64,000 bases of DNA from Eledone cirrhosa (Eukaryota). The notes below the pieces were generated by a model. It was not told where the DNA came from. It did no database searches and was given only the letters and a program-made list of their open reading frames with translations. This document shows positions 20,555 through 33,807 of the stretch, in pieces. The stretch is from contig CAXHJY010000834.1 in NCBI GenBank assembly GCA_964016885.1, positions 186,001 through 250,000 on the forward strand. The letters run 5' to 3'. The position numbers and the translations under genes were made by a program. Within the stretch, counting starts at the first letter, position 1; every line of letters starts with the position of its first letter.

Positions 20555-23500
20555 TCACCTCCACCACAACTATCACCACCACCACCACCGCTAGCCCCTA
20601 CCTCCACCACTACCTCCACCACAACTATCACCACCACCACCACCGCTAGCCCCTACCTCCACCACTACCTCCACCATAACCACCACCACCATCACCACCA
20701 CAACCACTACCTACACCACCACCACCACCTCTATCATCACCAACACCACCATCACCACCTCCACCGCCGCCATCATCACCGCCACTATCACACACCTCCA
20801 CCACTAACACCACTATTATCATCACCACCGTCTCCTCCACACCTACAACCACTGCCACCCCATCCACTACCACCCCATCCACTACCACCGCCACTACCAC
20901 CACCACCACCACCATTACCACCACCACTACTATCATCACTACCACAACCACCACCACTAACGCCACCACCATCTTCACCACACCCACCACTATCACCACC
21001 ACAACCTCTACTACCACTACCTCCAGCACTACGCAACCACCTCCACCACCACCACCAAAACTACCACCGCCACCACCACCACCACCAAAACTACCACCGC
21101 CACCACCACCACCACCACCACCAAAACTATCACTGCCACCACCACCACCACCGCCACCACCACCCAAACTATCACCGCCACCACCACCACTTACACCACC
21201 GCCACCAGCAGCACTACCACCAAAACTACTACCGCCACCGCCACCACGACCACTGAAACTACCACCGCCACTACCACCGCCACTACCACCACCACCACGA
21301 CCACCACCATCACCACCACAACCACTACCTACACCACCACCACCACCTCTATCATCACCAACACCACCATCACCACCTCCACCGCCGCCATCATCACCGC
21401 CACTATCACACACCTCCACCACTAACACCACTATTATCATCACCACCGTCTCCTCCACACCTACAACCACTGCCACCCCATCCACTACCACCGCCACTAC
21501 CACCACCACCACCACTATCATCACTACCACAACCACCACCACTAACGCCACCACCATCTTCACCACACCCACCACTATCACCACCACAACCTCTACTACC
21601 ACTACCTCCACCACTACGCAACCACCTCCACCACCACCATTGCCATCATAATCACCACCACACAACCAGCACTACCACCTCACTACCGCCAATACATGCA
21701 ACATCACACAACCACCTCCACCACTACCACTACCTCCACCACCAACTCACTACCATCTCTATCACCACCACATCGCCACTATCGCCACAGCCACCATCAC
21801 CCCCACGATCACCACGACCATCACCACCTCCACCACTAACACCACCACCACTACAACTACCACTACCTCTGCTACCACCACCACTACAACTACCACTACC
21901 TCTGCTACCACCACCACCACCATCACCACCACCACCACCTCCGCTACCACCACCATCACCAATTCCACCAACACTATCACTACCACCAACTCCACCAAAA
22001 CCACCATACCACCACTATCACTACCAACATCGCCACCACCACCACCAATATCACTACAACCACTATCAGTACCACCACCACCACTTACACCATCACCACC
22101 ACGACCACCAAAACTACCACCGCCACCACCTCCACTTACCCCACAACCACCACCACCACCAAAACTACCACCGCCACCGCCACCACCAAAACAACCACCG
22201 CCATCACCAAGACCACCAAAACTACCACCGCCGCCACCACCACTTACACCACCACCACCACCACCACGACCACCAAAACTACCACCGCCACCACCACCAC
22301 GACCACCAAAACTACCACCGCGACCCCCACCACGATCACCAAAACTACCACCGCAACCACCACCACCACCACTTACACCAACACCACCACCACGACCACC
22401 AAAACTACCACCGCCACCACCACCACTTACACCACCACCACCACCACCAAACCTACCACCGCCACCACCACCATCACCAAAACTACCACCACCACCACCA
22501 CCACCACCAAAACTACCACCGCCACTACCACGACCAACAAAACTACCACCGCCACCACCACCACGACCTCCGAAACTACCACTGCCACCACCACCACCAA
22601 AACTACCACCGCCGCCACCACCACCACCAAAACTACCACCGCCACCACCACCACCACCGAAACTATCACCGCCACCACCACCACTTACACCACCTCCACC
22701 AGCAGCACTACCACCAAAACTACCACTGCCACCACCAACATCACCACCACCAAAACTACCACCGCCACCACCACCGAAACTATCACCGCCACCACCACCA
22801 CTTACACCACCTCCACCAGCAGCACTACCACCAAAACTACAACCGCCACCACCACCACCGAAACTATCACCGCCACCAACACCACTTACACCACCGCCAC
22901 CAGCAGCACTACCACCAAAATTACAACCGCCACCACCACCACCAAAACTACCACTGCCACCACCACCATCAGCACCACCAAAACTACCACCGCCACCGCC
23001 ACCACGACCACAGAAACTACCACCGCCACTACCACCAAAACTACCACCACCACCACGACCACCGAAACTACCACCGCCACCACCACCACCAAAACTACCA
23101 CCGCTACCACCACCACTTACACCACCACCACCACCACCACGAGCACCAAAACTACCACCACCACCACCACTACCACCACTACCAAAACTACCACCGCCAC
23201 CACCTCCACTTACACCACAACCACCACCACCAAAACTACCACCGCCGCCACCACCACTTACACCACCACCACCACCACCACGATCACCAAAACTACCACC
23301 GCCACCACAACCACCAAAACTACCACAGCCACCACCACCACCACCACCAAAACTACCACCGCGACCACCACCGCGATCACCAAAACTACCACCGCGACCA
23401 CCACCGCGATCACCAAAACTACCACCGCAACCACCACCACCACCACTTACACCAGCACCACCACCACGACCACCAAAACTACCACCGCCACCACCACCAC

Positions 23501-25445
23501 CACCAAACCTACCACCGCCACCACCACCATCACCAAAACTACCACCGCCACCACCACCACCACTACCACCGCCACTACCACGACCAACAAAACTACCACC
23601 GCCACCACCACCACCACCACCAAACCTACCACCGCCACCACCACCATCACCAAAACTACCACCGCCACTACCACGACCAACAAAACTACCACCGCCACCA
23701 CCACCATTTACACCACCACCACCACCACGACCTCCGAAACTACCACCGCCACCACCTCCACTTACACCACCGCCGCCACCACCACCACCACCAAAACTAC
23801 CACCGCCACCACCACCACCACCGAAACTACCACCGCCACCACCACCACTTACACCACCGCCGCCACCACCACCACCACCAAAACTACCACTGCCACCACC
23901 ACCACCACCAAAACTACCACCGCCACCACCTCACCACCAAAACTACCACTGCCACCACCACCACCACCACTACGACCACCAAAACTACCACCGCCACCAC
24001 CACCACCACCAAAACTACCACCACCACTTACACCACCTCCACCAGCAGCACTACCACCAAAACTACAACCGCCACCACCACCACCGAAACTATCACCGCC
24101 ACCAACACCACTTACACCACCGCCACCAGCAGCACTACCACCAAAACTACAACCGCCACCACCACCACCAAAACTACCACTGCCACCACCACCATCAGCA
24201 CCACCAAAACTACCACCGCCACCGCCACCACGACCACAGAAACTACCACCGCCACTACCACCAAAACTACCACCGCCACCACCACCACCAAAACTACCAC
24301 CGCTACCACCACCAATTACACCACCACCACCACCACCACGAGCACCAAAACTACCACCCCCACCACCACACTACCAAAACTACCACCGCCACCACCTCCA
24401 CTTACACCACAACCACCACCACCAAAACTACCACCGCCGCCACCACCACTTACACCACCACCACCACCACCACGATCACCAAAACTACCACCGCCACCAC
24501 CACCACCAAAACTACCACAGCCACCACCAAAACTACCACCGTCACCACCACCACCACCACTTCCACCACCACCACGACCACCAAAACTACCACCATCACC
24601 ACCACCACCACCACCAAACCTACCACCGCCACCACCACCATCACCAAAACTACCACCGCCACCACCACCACCACCACCACCAAAACTACCACCGCCACTA
24701 CCACGACCAACAAAACTACCACCGCCACCACCACCATTTACACCACCACCACCACCACGACCTCCGAAACTACCACCGCCACCACCTCCACTTACACCAC
24801 CACCACCACCAAAACTACCACTGCCACCACCACCACCACCAAAACTACCACCGCCACCACCACCACCACCACCACGACCACCAAAACTACCACCGCCACC
24901 ACCACCACCACCAAAACTACCACCGCCACCACCACCGAAACTATCACCGCCACCACCACCACTTACACCACCTCCACCAGCAGCACTACCACCAAAACTA
25001 CCACCGCCACTACCACGACCAACAAAACTACCACTGCCACCACCACCATTTACACCACCACCACCACCACCACCACGACCTCCGAAACTACCACCGCCAC
25101 CACCTCCACTTACACCACCACCACCATCACCACCACCAAAACTATCACCGCCACCACCACCACCACCACCGAAACTATCACCGCCACCACCACTTACATC
25201 ACCGCCACCGCCACCACGGAAACTACCACCGTCACTACCACCACGACCACCGAAACTACCACCGCCACCACCACCAAAACTACCACCGCCACCACCACCT
25301 CTTACACTACCACCACCACCACCACGACGACCAAAACTACCACCGCCACCACCACCACCACTACCGCCAAAACTACCACCACCACCACCACCACCACCAC
25401 CGCCAAAACTACCACCACCGCCGCCACCGCCACCACCACCAGCAC
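20555..25445. repeat. ACC-derived low-complexity tract with modular sub-repeats
   Basis: (ACC)n punctuated by CCAAAACTACC and CACTTACACC; block duplications such as ~20684-21050 vs ~21302-21640 and ~22690-23340 vs ~24025-24520. Confidence 0.9.
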
Positions 25446-25639
25446 TACAGCTATATTCAATCAATAACCTCTCTATTAGACATTGATAATTAAAAGAAGA
25501 AAATGTAGATATTTTAACATTTCCCTGTTCCTTCCACATTCCTTTAGCTTGGATCAGCGTCCGACCTTCCTTCACACTATCAAGTGGTCTGCACACACGC
25601 ACATGTTGATTGTCAGCTACACACCGCTGTCTCTATATC

Positions 25640-25651
25640 TGTGTGTGTGGC

Positions 25652-25726
<75 letters not shown>

Positions 25727-25878
25727 CATACATATATGTGCATGCATGTGTATGTACCTATGTATGCATATATGTGCAAGTTTGTATCTTTGTATATATG
25801 TACGTCTGTACGTACGTATGTATGTATGCATGTGTGTATGTATGTATGCATGTGTGTATGTATGTATGTATGTATGTA

Positions 25879-25913
<35 letters not shown>

Positions 25914-26274
25914 ATGTATGTATGTATGTATGTATGTATGTGTGTATGTATGTATGTATGTGTGTATGTATGTATGTATGTGTGTGTGTGTGTATGTGTG
26001 TATGTATGTATGTATGTATGTATGCATGTATGTGTGTGTGTGTATGTATGTATGTATGCATGTATGTAGGTAGGCAGGTATGTAGCGTGTTCAGTGCGTA
26101 TATACATATACCTGTTCTAGAGTTGATGATACACATTGAAGTTTCTTCCAATCATCCAGTCAGCCTCTCTCTCTCTCTCCCTCTCTCTCTCTCATGTTTC
26201 TATCTGTCTGCTTCATCCGTTCGTCTAACCCCCTTTCTCTATATATACATTTATATATGTATACACACATACAG

Positions 26275-26324
<50 letters not shown>

Positions 26325-26360
26325 ATATTTTTACCTATCTATCTATCTATCTATCTATAT
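25640..26360. repeat. Compound microsatellites (TA)n/(TG)n/(TATG)n/(CT)n/(TATC)n
   Basis: Directly visible simple repeats. Confidence 0.95.
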
Positions 26361-26394
26361 CTTATTTTATTTTTATATTTTGTTATTGCCTTCT

Positions 26395-27010
26395 CCTTAT
26401 TGAGGACGCCTTTTTGTGTAAACTCCCCCCTTTGTACTTGTCCCACTTTTGATGCCCTAGTGGCAAATAAAAGAAATATATCTATCTATTTAGCTAACCG
26501 CCACCCTCCTTCAAAAACGAAGGAGAGGCGGTTTTCCTTTGTGTGATAGCTAATGCGAAAGAGGTTGTCTGGTGGACGAGGTTAAAAGGGCTGAGGTCAG
26601 ACACCTTTCTCTCCGGCCAACAACTGATTCTTTTTTTCAAATACCACTTTGGAAGAAGAATCTGGATGGAGAGAGAGGTGCTGTACCCCAGCAAGTTTTA
26701 TGAAAGGTGGGTGAAAGTGGCGAGAATGGCCCGAGTGAATGGGCCTTCTCTCTATATCAGCCTGTAGGTTGAGGAAAAGGAGGAGGAGAGGAAAGGAGTA
26801 CAAATTCTTCGTACTCCTGGAGATGAGGGTTGTACATTTTTTCGGGGGTATGTGTTACCCATATAAACTGTCTCCCCCTATTGGGGAAAATCGACTAATT
26901 TTTAAAATTGCATTTGTGATAGTATTTTACACGTTTTTATTGTATGTAAACTTCCCCCTTTGTATTTGTCCCCTTCTGTTGTGCCCCTGTGGCTAATAAA
27001 GAAACATATC
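26395..27010 (+). mobile_element. L1/Tx1-like LINE 3' end, preceded by a second short 3'-UTR copy
   Basis: AKEVVWWTR...FYERW resembles the AK..IW..R C-terminus of L1/Tx1 ORF2. The 3' UTR GTAAACT.CCCCCTTTGTA.TTGTCCC...GTGGC.AATAAA(A)GAAA occurs at ~26418-26477 and ~26946-27004. Confidence 0.6.
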
Positions 27011-27084
27011 TATATATTTCTGTATGCCACACCCCTCTTACTTTCTTTCGAGACAAGCAAGCTACTTTCACTTTCATTATTCTC

Positions 27085-27326
27085 ACTACACCACCACCAC
27101 CACCTCAAATTCTACTACTGCTGCCAGCAATATCAGCATCAACAACGATTGCCACTACCACTACCGCTACCATCATCACCACATCCATCACCACCACTAC
27201 TACTTCAACACCAAATACTACTATAACTACTACCACCACCACTATTTCCATTACTACTCCTACTGCTGCTACTGCCACTGCCACCATCACTATCATCGCC
27301 ACCACCAGCACCACTACTATTACCAG

Positions 27327-27381
<55 letters not shown>

Positions 27382-27655
27382 GCTGCCGCTACTATTACTA
27401 CTACTAATAATAATAATACTGCTGCTGCTACTACTACTACTGCTAATACTACTATTAATAATAATAATAATACTGCTGCTGCTGCTGCTACTACTACTGC
27501 TACTGCAACTGCTACTGCTACTGCAACTGCTACTGCTACTACTACTGCTACTGTGTCTGTTCGCCAGTTGAGATTGTTGCTTGCTAAAGAAGAGAAGGGA
27601 CAAACACAAGACAGGCGGTCGCGATATGAAGCCAGCAATATCAAAGGTAAGTGGA

Positions 27656-27694
<39 letters not shown>

Positions 27695-27989
27695 ATGTAA
27701 GTGTGTGTGTGTGTGTGTGTGTATGTGTGTGTATGTATATATGTGTGGATGTAAGTGTGTGTGGGTGTGTGTGTGTGTGTATGTATATATGTATATATAA
27801 ATGTGTGTGTGTAAATGTGTGTGTGTGTGTTGAACAGAAATGTGTGATATATGTGCGATAAATGTATGTGTTGATCAGTACGTATGTGTGTTATATGGGT
27901 GTGTTGATTCAGTACATATGTGTGTGTGTGTCTATGTTGATCATCATGTATAATTATGATATATGTGCGTGATATATATACACACACAG

Positions 27990-28020
<31 letters not shown>

Positions 28021-28071
28021 CATAGATATAGATAGATAGATAGATACATATATACATACATATATATGTGT

Positions 28072-28106
<35 letters not shown>

Positions 28107-28140
28107 CATACTGAAGTGTCGGTAAACAACCAACACACTC

Positions 28141-28224
<84 letters not shown>

Positions 28225-28331
28225 GTATATATATATACATATACATGTATATATATATGTATATATATATACATATACATATATACATACATACATACAT
28301 ACATACATACATACATACATACATACATACA

Positions 28332-28362
<31 letters not shown>
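27085..28362. repeat. ACT/GCT/AAT trinucleotide tract followed by (TG)n/(TA)n/(CATA)n
   Basis: Directly visible; one ~100-bp unique island at 27552-27655. Confidence 0.9.
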
Positions 28363-28440
28363 GAGTGTGTTGAATGTGTAAGTGTTGATTCAGTACAGTG
28401 GAAAATATTTTGTCGGGTAGTTTTATAAGAGAAGCATTAA

Positions 28441-29625
28441 TAGTCACACCAGTCACACAACAGTCACACGAGTCCTATCACAGTCATAACAGTCACACCA
28501 CAGTCACACCACTCACATCACAGTTACATCAGTCACACCACAGTTGCACCAGTCACACCACAGTTACACATCACTCAAATTAAAGTCACACCACAGCCAC
28601 AAGCAGTCACACTACAGTCACATCACAGTTACACATAGTCACACCACAACCACATTACAGTTACAGGCAGTCACACAATCATACCACAATCACATCACAG
28701 TTACACCAGTAACATCATAGTCACAGTCAAACCACAGTTACACAGTCCGACACAGTTACACTACAGTCACACCATAGTTACACGACAGCTACACCACAGT
28801 TACACAATCCAACCACAGTTACACCACAGTTACACCACAGTTACACCACAGTTAGACTACAGTCACACCACAGCTACACCGCAGTTACATACAGTCTCAC
28901 CACAGTTACACTATAGTCACACCACAGTTTCACCACTGTCACACCACAGTTACACTATAGTCACACCACAGTTACACCAGTCACACCACTGTCACACCAC
29001 AGTTACACCTCAGGTATTGTACAGTTACACTAGTTACACCACAGTCGCACCCCAGTTACACTACAGTCACACCACAGTTACACCACCCTTATACCACAAT
29101 TACACCACAGCTATACCACAGTCACACCACAGTTACACCATAGTCACACCAGTTACACCACCGTTACACCACAGTCACACCACAGTTATACCACAGTTAC
29201 ACCACAGTCCCACCCCAGTTACACCACAGTCACACCACAGTTACACCAAAGTTACACCACAGTCCCACCACAGTTACACCAAAGTTACACCAGTCACACC
29301 ACAGTCACACCATAGTCACACCACAGTTACACCACAGTTATACCACAGTTACACCACAGTCACACCACAGTTATACCACAGTCACACCACAGTCACACCA
29401 CAGTCACACCACAGTCACACACACTCACACCACAGTTACTCCACAGTCACACCATAGTTACACAGACTCGCGCCACAGTTACAACACAGTTACACCACAG
29501 CTATACCACAGTCACACCACAGTTACACACACTCACACCAGTTACTCCACAGTCACACCACAGTTACACACACTCACGCCACAGGTACACATAGTCACAC
29601 GACAGTTACACATAGTCACATAAGT
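28441..29625. repeat. Degenerate 11-bp minisatellite (AGTYACACCAC)n
   Basis: Repeated CAGTTACACCA / CAGTCACACCA over ~1.2 kb. Confidence 0.9.
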
Positions 29626-29689
29626 TATTAATCATGTTAGTTCATATCAACAAAACACGTTATGTTGCTGCACTATAGCTGCCGTTACC

Positions 29690-29763
29690 TCCCCCACCAC
29701 TACCACCGGCGCCACCACCACCACCACCATTGCCACCATCACCGCCATCCCCACTGCCACCTT

Positions 29764-29810
<47 letters not shown>

Positions 29811-30880
29811 TCTCCAGCACCACTGCCACTGCGACCAATAGTACCATCACAACTACCACTTCGATTTCTAGCTGTGTGCCGCCACCATCGTTTATCGTAG
29901 TACCACTACCACCTCTACCATGTCATCCTCCAGTACCACCACCACAACTACCTCTCTCATTTCATCCACCAACACCACCACTACAAGTACTACCACCACC
30001 ACCACCACAACTACCTCTCTCATTTCATCCACCAACACCACCACTACAAGTACTACCACCACCACCACAACCACCTCTATCATTTCATCCACCAACACCA
30101 CCACTACAAGTACTACCACCACCACCACAACCACCTCTCTCATTTCATCCACCAACACCACCACTACAAGTACTACTACCACCACCACCTCTCTCATTTC
30201 AGCCACCAATACCATCACTACAAGTACTACTACCACCACAACCACCTTTATCATTTCATTCATTACCACCACTACCATTATTTATACTTCTGCGACCATT
30301 ATCGTTTCTAACACTGCTACTACCATTACAATTTCTAGCAGCACCGCCACTACTTCTAAATTCTACGACTACCGCCATCACCCCACCACCATCACCACCA
30401 CTACTACTATTATTATTATTACTACCATTACCACCACCACCACCATTACTAATACTACCGTTACCATCACCAACACCACTACTGCTACCATTACCACAAC
30501 AACCATTGACACCAACATAACTATTAACACCAACACCACTACCATCACCATTACGACCACCGCTACTACCACCGCTACCGTTTCCACCACCGCTACCGTT
30601 TCCACCACTGCTACCGTTTCCACCACTGCTACCGTTTCCACCATCACCACCACTAATACCAACAGCCCCATCACTGCTACCACCATCACCACCACTAATA
30701 TCAACAGCACCATGACTGCTACCAATATCACCACCACTAATACCAACAGCCCCATCGCTGCTACCACCATCACCAACAGCCCCATCGCTGCTACCACCAT
30801 CACCAACAGTCCCATCGCTGCTACCACCATCACCATCACTAATACCAACACTCTCACCACGGTTATCAACACCCCTACCA
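29690..30880. repeat. ACC/ACT-rich tract containing a 60-63 bp minisatellite (~5 copies, 29935-30245) and 18/30-bp repeats
   Basis: Lines 30061 and 30121 are near-identical (60-bp period); GCTACCGTTTCCACCACY x4; CACCAACAGCCCCATCGCTGCTACCACCAT x3. Confidence 0.85.
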
Positions 30881-31138
30881 CAATGGTTAGATGTGATTGT
30901 TTTTGTTGGTTGTGTGTGTATGAGAGAGAAATTGATTGTAAAATAATGTTGTGATTGTGATAATTGAGAGTAGTGTGTGATAATAATGACAGAAATGATA
31001 ATAATGGTGATGACAGTGATAATGCTGATATTGCACTCTACTGCGTTCTACATATTGTTGCTTCCAACTATCTTTTATACAAATCACAAATCATACCAGG
31101 AGCACACTGCTTGTCCTCCCTATATTACATGTGCGCGT

Positions 31139-31180
<42 letters not shown>

Positions 31181-31685
31181 CGTATTTCTCTATGTATAAA
31201 ACGATCCTTATTTTTGAAGCTTAGAAAAATGAGAATAAATTATATCTATATATTATAACGATCTCGGAGTATGTATATATTTTTTTCTTTTGTAAACTTA
31301 TACCATGCTATCCATCAAAATCTCTCACAAATATTTCACTATAATATATTCAATTCCTTGTGACGCTAAAGAATATAAAACGACAGATATTATGTAGTCC
31401 CTTTATTAATTTATTTTATCAATTTTCCTCTCTTTGAGACAGAGTTCAATTACGCTGATTCCTAAATAACAAATATTGTCTATATATCAAATACTATATT
31501 GTAAACAATTATTATCAGCACCTATTTTTGCAATCTTGTCATTTGAAATGAGTATTTCTAAGAGCGGTAACAATTTCTAAGCACCTGCAGTCGTATATAA
31601 TATACATTCCCCTTTTATTGCCCTTAATTTTAATTCAAAATGTTACATTTTATACACGAGAATATATTATGTGTGTGTGTGTGTG

Positions 31686-31719
<34 letters not shown>

Positions 31720-31800
31720 CGTGTGCGTGTGCGTGCACGCGCGCGTGCAACCCTTGCAAGCTTGGAAAATAGACGTTAATTGAATACCATATATATATAT

Positions 31801-31910
31801 GAGTGGTTAGAGAATTGGATTCACAATCGTGAGGTTGTGAGTTCGCTTCCCGGACCGGGCGATGCGTTATGCCTTGAGCAAGTCACTTTATTTCACGTTG
31901 CTCCTTCTAC
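31801..31910 (+). mobile_element. tRNA-derived SINE head (family B)
   Basis: GAGTGGTTAG A box, GAGTTCGCTTCC B box, then GCCTTGAGCAAGTCACTTTATTTCACGTTGCTCC. Confidence 0.65.
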
Positions 31911-32065
31911 CTGGAGTTGCGACCGATAGATACTATTAGTAATTGGAAAGACGAATGGAAACACTGTTTCCTCAGTCCGATTTATATATATATAAAAACT
32001 TATCTTCAGATGTATATCATGATACTACAAAAACAGAATTACTATAACGTAAATCATTTTCATAC

Positions 32066-32215
32066 AGGCGGCGAATTGGCAAAGTCGTTAGAGCATCTAA
32101 TGAAGAGCTTTGCGGTATTTGTTTCGGTTCTCTGCTGTGTTCTTTGAGTTCAAATCCCATTCAGGGATCTTTTCAAGGTCGATACATAAAATACTAATCT
32201 ATTATTTGGCTCGAT
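32066..32215 (+). mobile_element. Decayed SINE family A-related copy
   Basis: GGCGGCGAATTGGCA...GAGTTCAAATCCC...GGTCGATACATAAAATAC; the same head occurs at ~11748. Confidence 0.55.
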
Positions 32216-32597
32216 TTTTCTTCTCTCTCTCACCTCTCTCTTTATCATAATAAACAGAACGCTGGCGCATACCTCTCAGAAGCACATTACTGAACCTTAA
32301 AGAATCACAGTTTTATACGAATTTGTATAATTAACTTGATTATGCAACAATTTTCTCTTGTTCTATCTCCTATCAAAAACCAGCATGTAGCTACCACTAT
32401 CCTCCCTCCACTACAATCATATCACTATTTTCTCTTCATATTCATACTCTCATCATTTAACCTCTCTGCCACCATTCCCCTTCAAATCACATTCTCAGGC
32501 ACATATAACTTGAAAGAATGGGGCTGTTGTAGAGTGAAGAGGACTCATTTTCCATGCAGAGGCAAAACAACGTGACTAGCGATAGTACCACAATAAT

Positions 32598-32785
32598 TGT
32601 TTCTACTTTTGGCACAAGGCCAGCAATTACTCAGTACATTACTGGTACTTTATTTTATCGACCCCATAAGGATGAAAGGCAAAGTTAACCTCGGCGGGAT
32701 TTGAACTCAGACCATAAAGGGCCGTAACTCTTTGCTGCAAAGCATGGCGTCCGTCTTTCTACCGACACTGCCAATCCACCGCCCT
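32598..32785 (-). mobile_element. Full-length SINE family A copy with 17-bp TSD
   Basis: GATAGTACCACAATAAT at 32581-32597 and 32786-32802; head reads GGGCGGTGGATTGGCAG. Confidence 0.88.
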
Positions 32786-32920
32786 GATAGTACCACAATA
32801 ATGTGCACCCAGTAGACTCCATAATATGGTTAACATTCAGAGATGTAACTGAAGCTCTTTAGTTTTGTCAAGAATACAATAATCTTTAGTGTTTGTGCTA
32901 CAGTAAAATGCACCTATTAC

Positions 32921-33290
32921 CTTCTGTTAAGTGGTTGGAGACTTCTGGTGTCATTGGCCCTAGGGCCACCTTCTTGCTCACCACCATCGCACAGAGTTGG
33001 CTACCCGCAGGTGTGAGCCGCGTAAGCTGGAATGGCCCTTCCAGCAGGTCTCCCTTACCATCCTCCGTGGAAACGCCTTCTCTATTCTGTCCGCCGGGGC
33101 CATGGGGGGTGGGGTGGGGGAAGCGCGTGGGCCCCCATTTGCTCATAATAGTGAGAGATGTGGAAAGCGGGAGGGATGGAGGCGGTGACAGTGGGAGTTT
33201 GGTTCTTTTGTGTTCGGACCTGGTGTATATATGTGTACATAAGAGAGAATGAATATTTGGTAGTTTCCAATAAATTATTTCAGGTTGTCA
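32921..33290 (-). other. Candidate exon (370 nt) containing an ATG at 33146 and 75 codons open to the splice donor
   Basis: Acceptor T11-CAG at 33291, donor AAG|GTAATA at 32920. GC-rich unique sequence translating MSKWGPTRFPHPTPHGPGGQNREG...EVSNHLTE; no recognised homology. Confidence 0.5.
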
Positions 33291-33480
33291 CTGAAAAAAA
33301 AAAATCGTTTCACTTATTATTTATTAAGGTCTAAGATCGAACCAGGGACCTAATGATTGTGGAACGATCTTCTTAACGTTTCAGCAAGGGATTATTATTC
33401 GTTTGTTGGACAGCTTGGAGTACACGGACTGGATTTTGGCAAAGGAACCATGAATGACTACGACCATTCAGTAAACATTA

Positions 33481-33665
33481 TGGATTGGCAGTATCGGTAG
33501 AGGGTCGGACGTCATGCTTTGACGCATAGAGTTACGGCCCTTTCCATTCTGAGTGCAAATCCCACCGAGGTCAACTTTGCCTTTCATCCTTACGGGGTCG
33601 ATAAAATAAAGTACCAGTAATCTACTGGATAATTGCTGGCCTTGTGCCAAAAGTAGAAACAATTA
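33481..33665 (+). mobile_element. SINE family A copy
   Basis: Near-identical to the copies at 1284, 10860 and 32598. Confidence 0.85.
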
Positions 33666-33807
33666 TAACAATCAACAACAGCAGAAGCAACACTGGTAAT
33701 TGATATATCTTGGTATGTACATCTGCAGTTGAGTCACCGCGATAAGGGTGTGTGTTGTAAGACCAGAAAAACACAAAGACTGCAGGACAGAGTGATTCAA
33801 TGATGTA

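Noticed and set aside
26495-26860. GC-rich promoter or host exon
   Set aside because: It is better explained as an L1/Tx1-like ORF2 C-terminus followed by its 3' UTR.
25483-28456. Long YI/CV/HT-rich ORFs
   Set aside because: They are translations of (TA)n, (TG)n and (TATG)n microsatellites.
26989-30954. Mucin-like poly-Thr, poly-Pro and poly-Val ORFs
   Set aside because: Trinucleotide low-complexity DNA is open in several frames on both strands, with no signal peptide or domain.
31801-31860. tRNA gene
   Set aside because: A/B boxes are present but there is no complete cloverleaf, and it continues into a SINE body.
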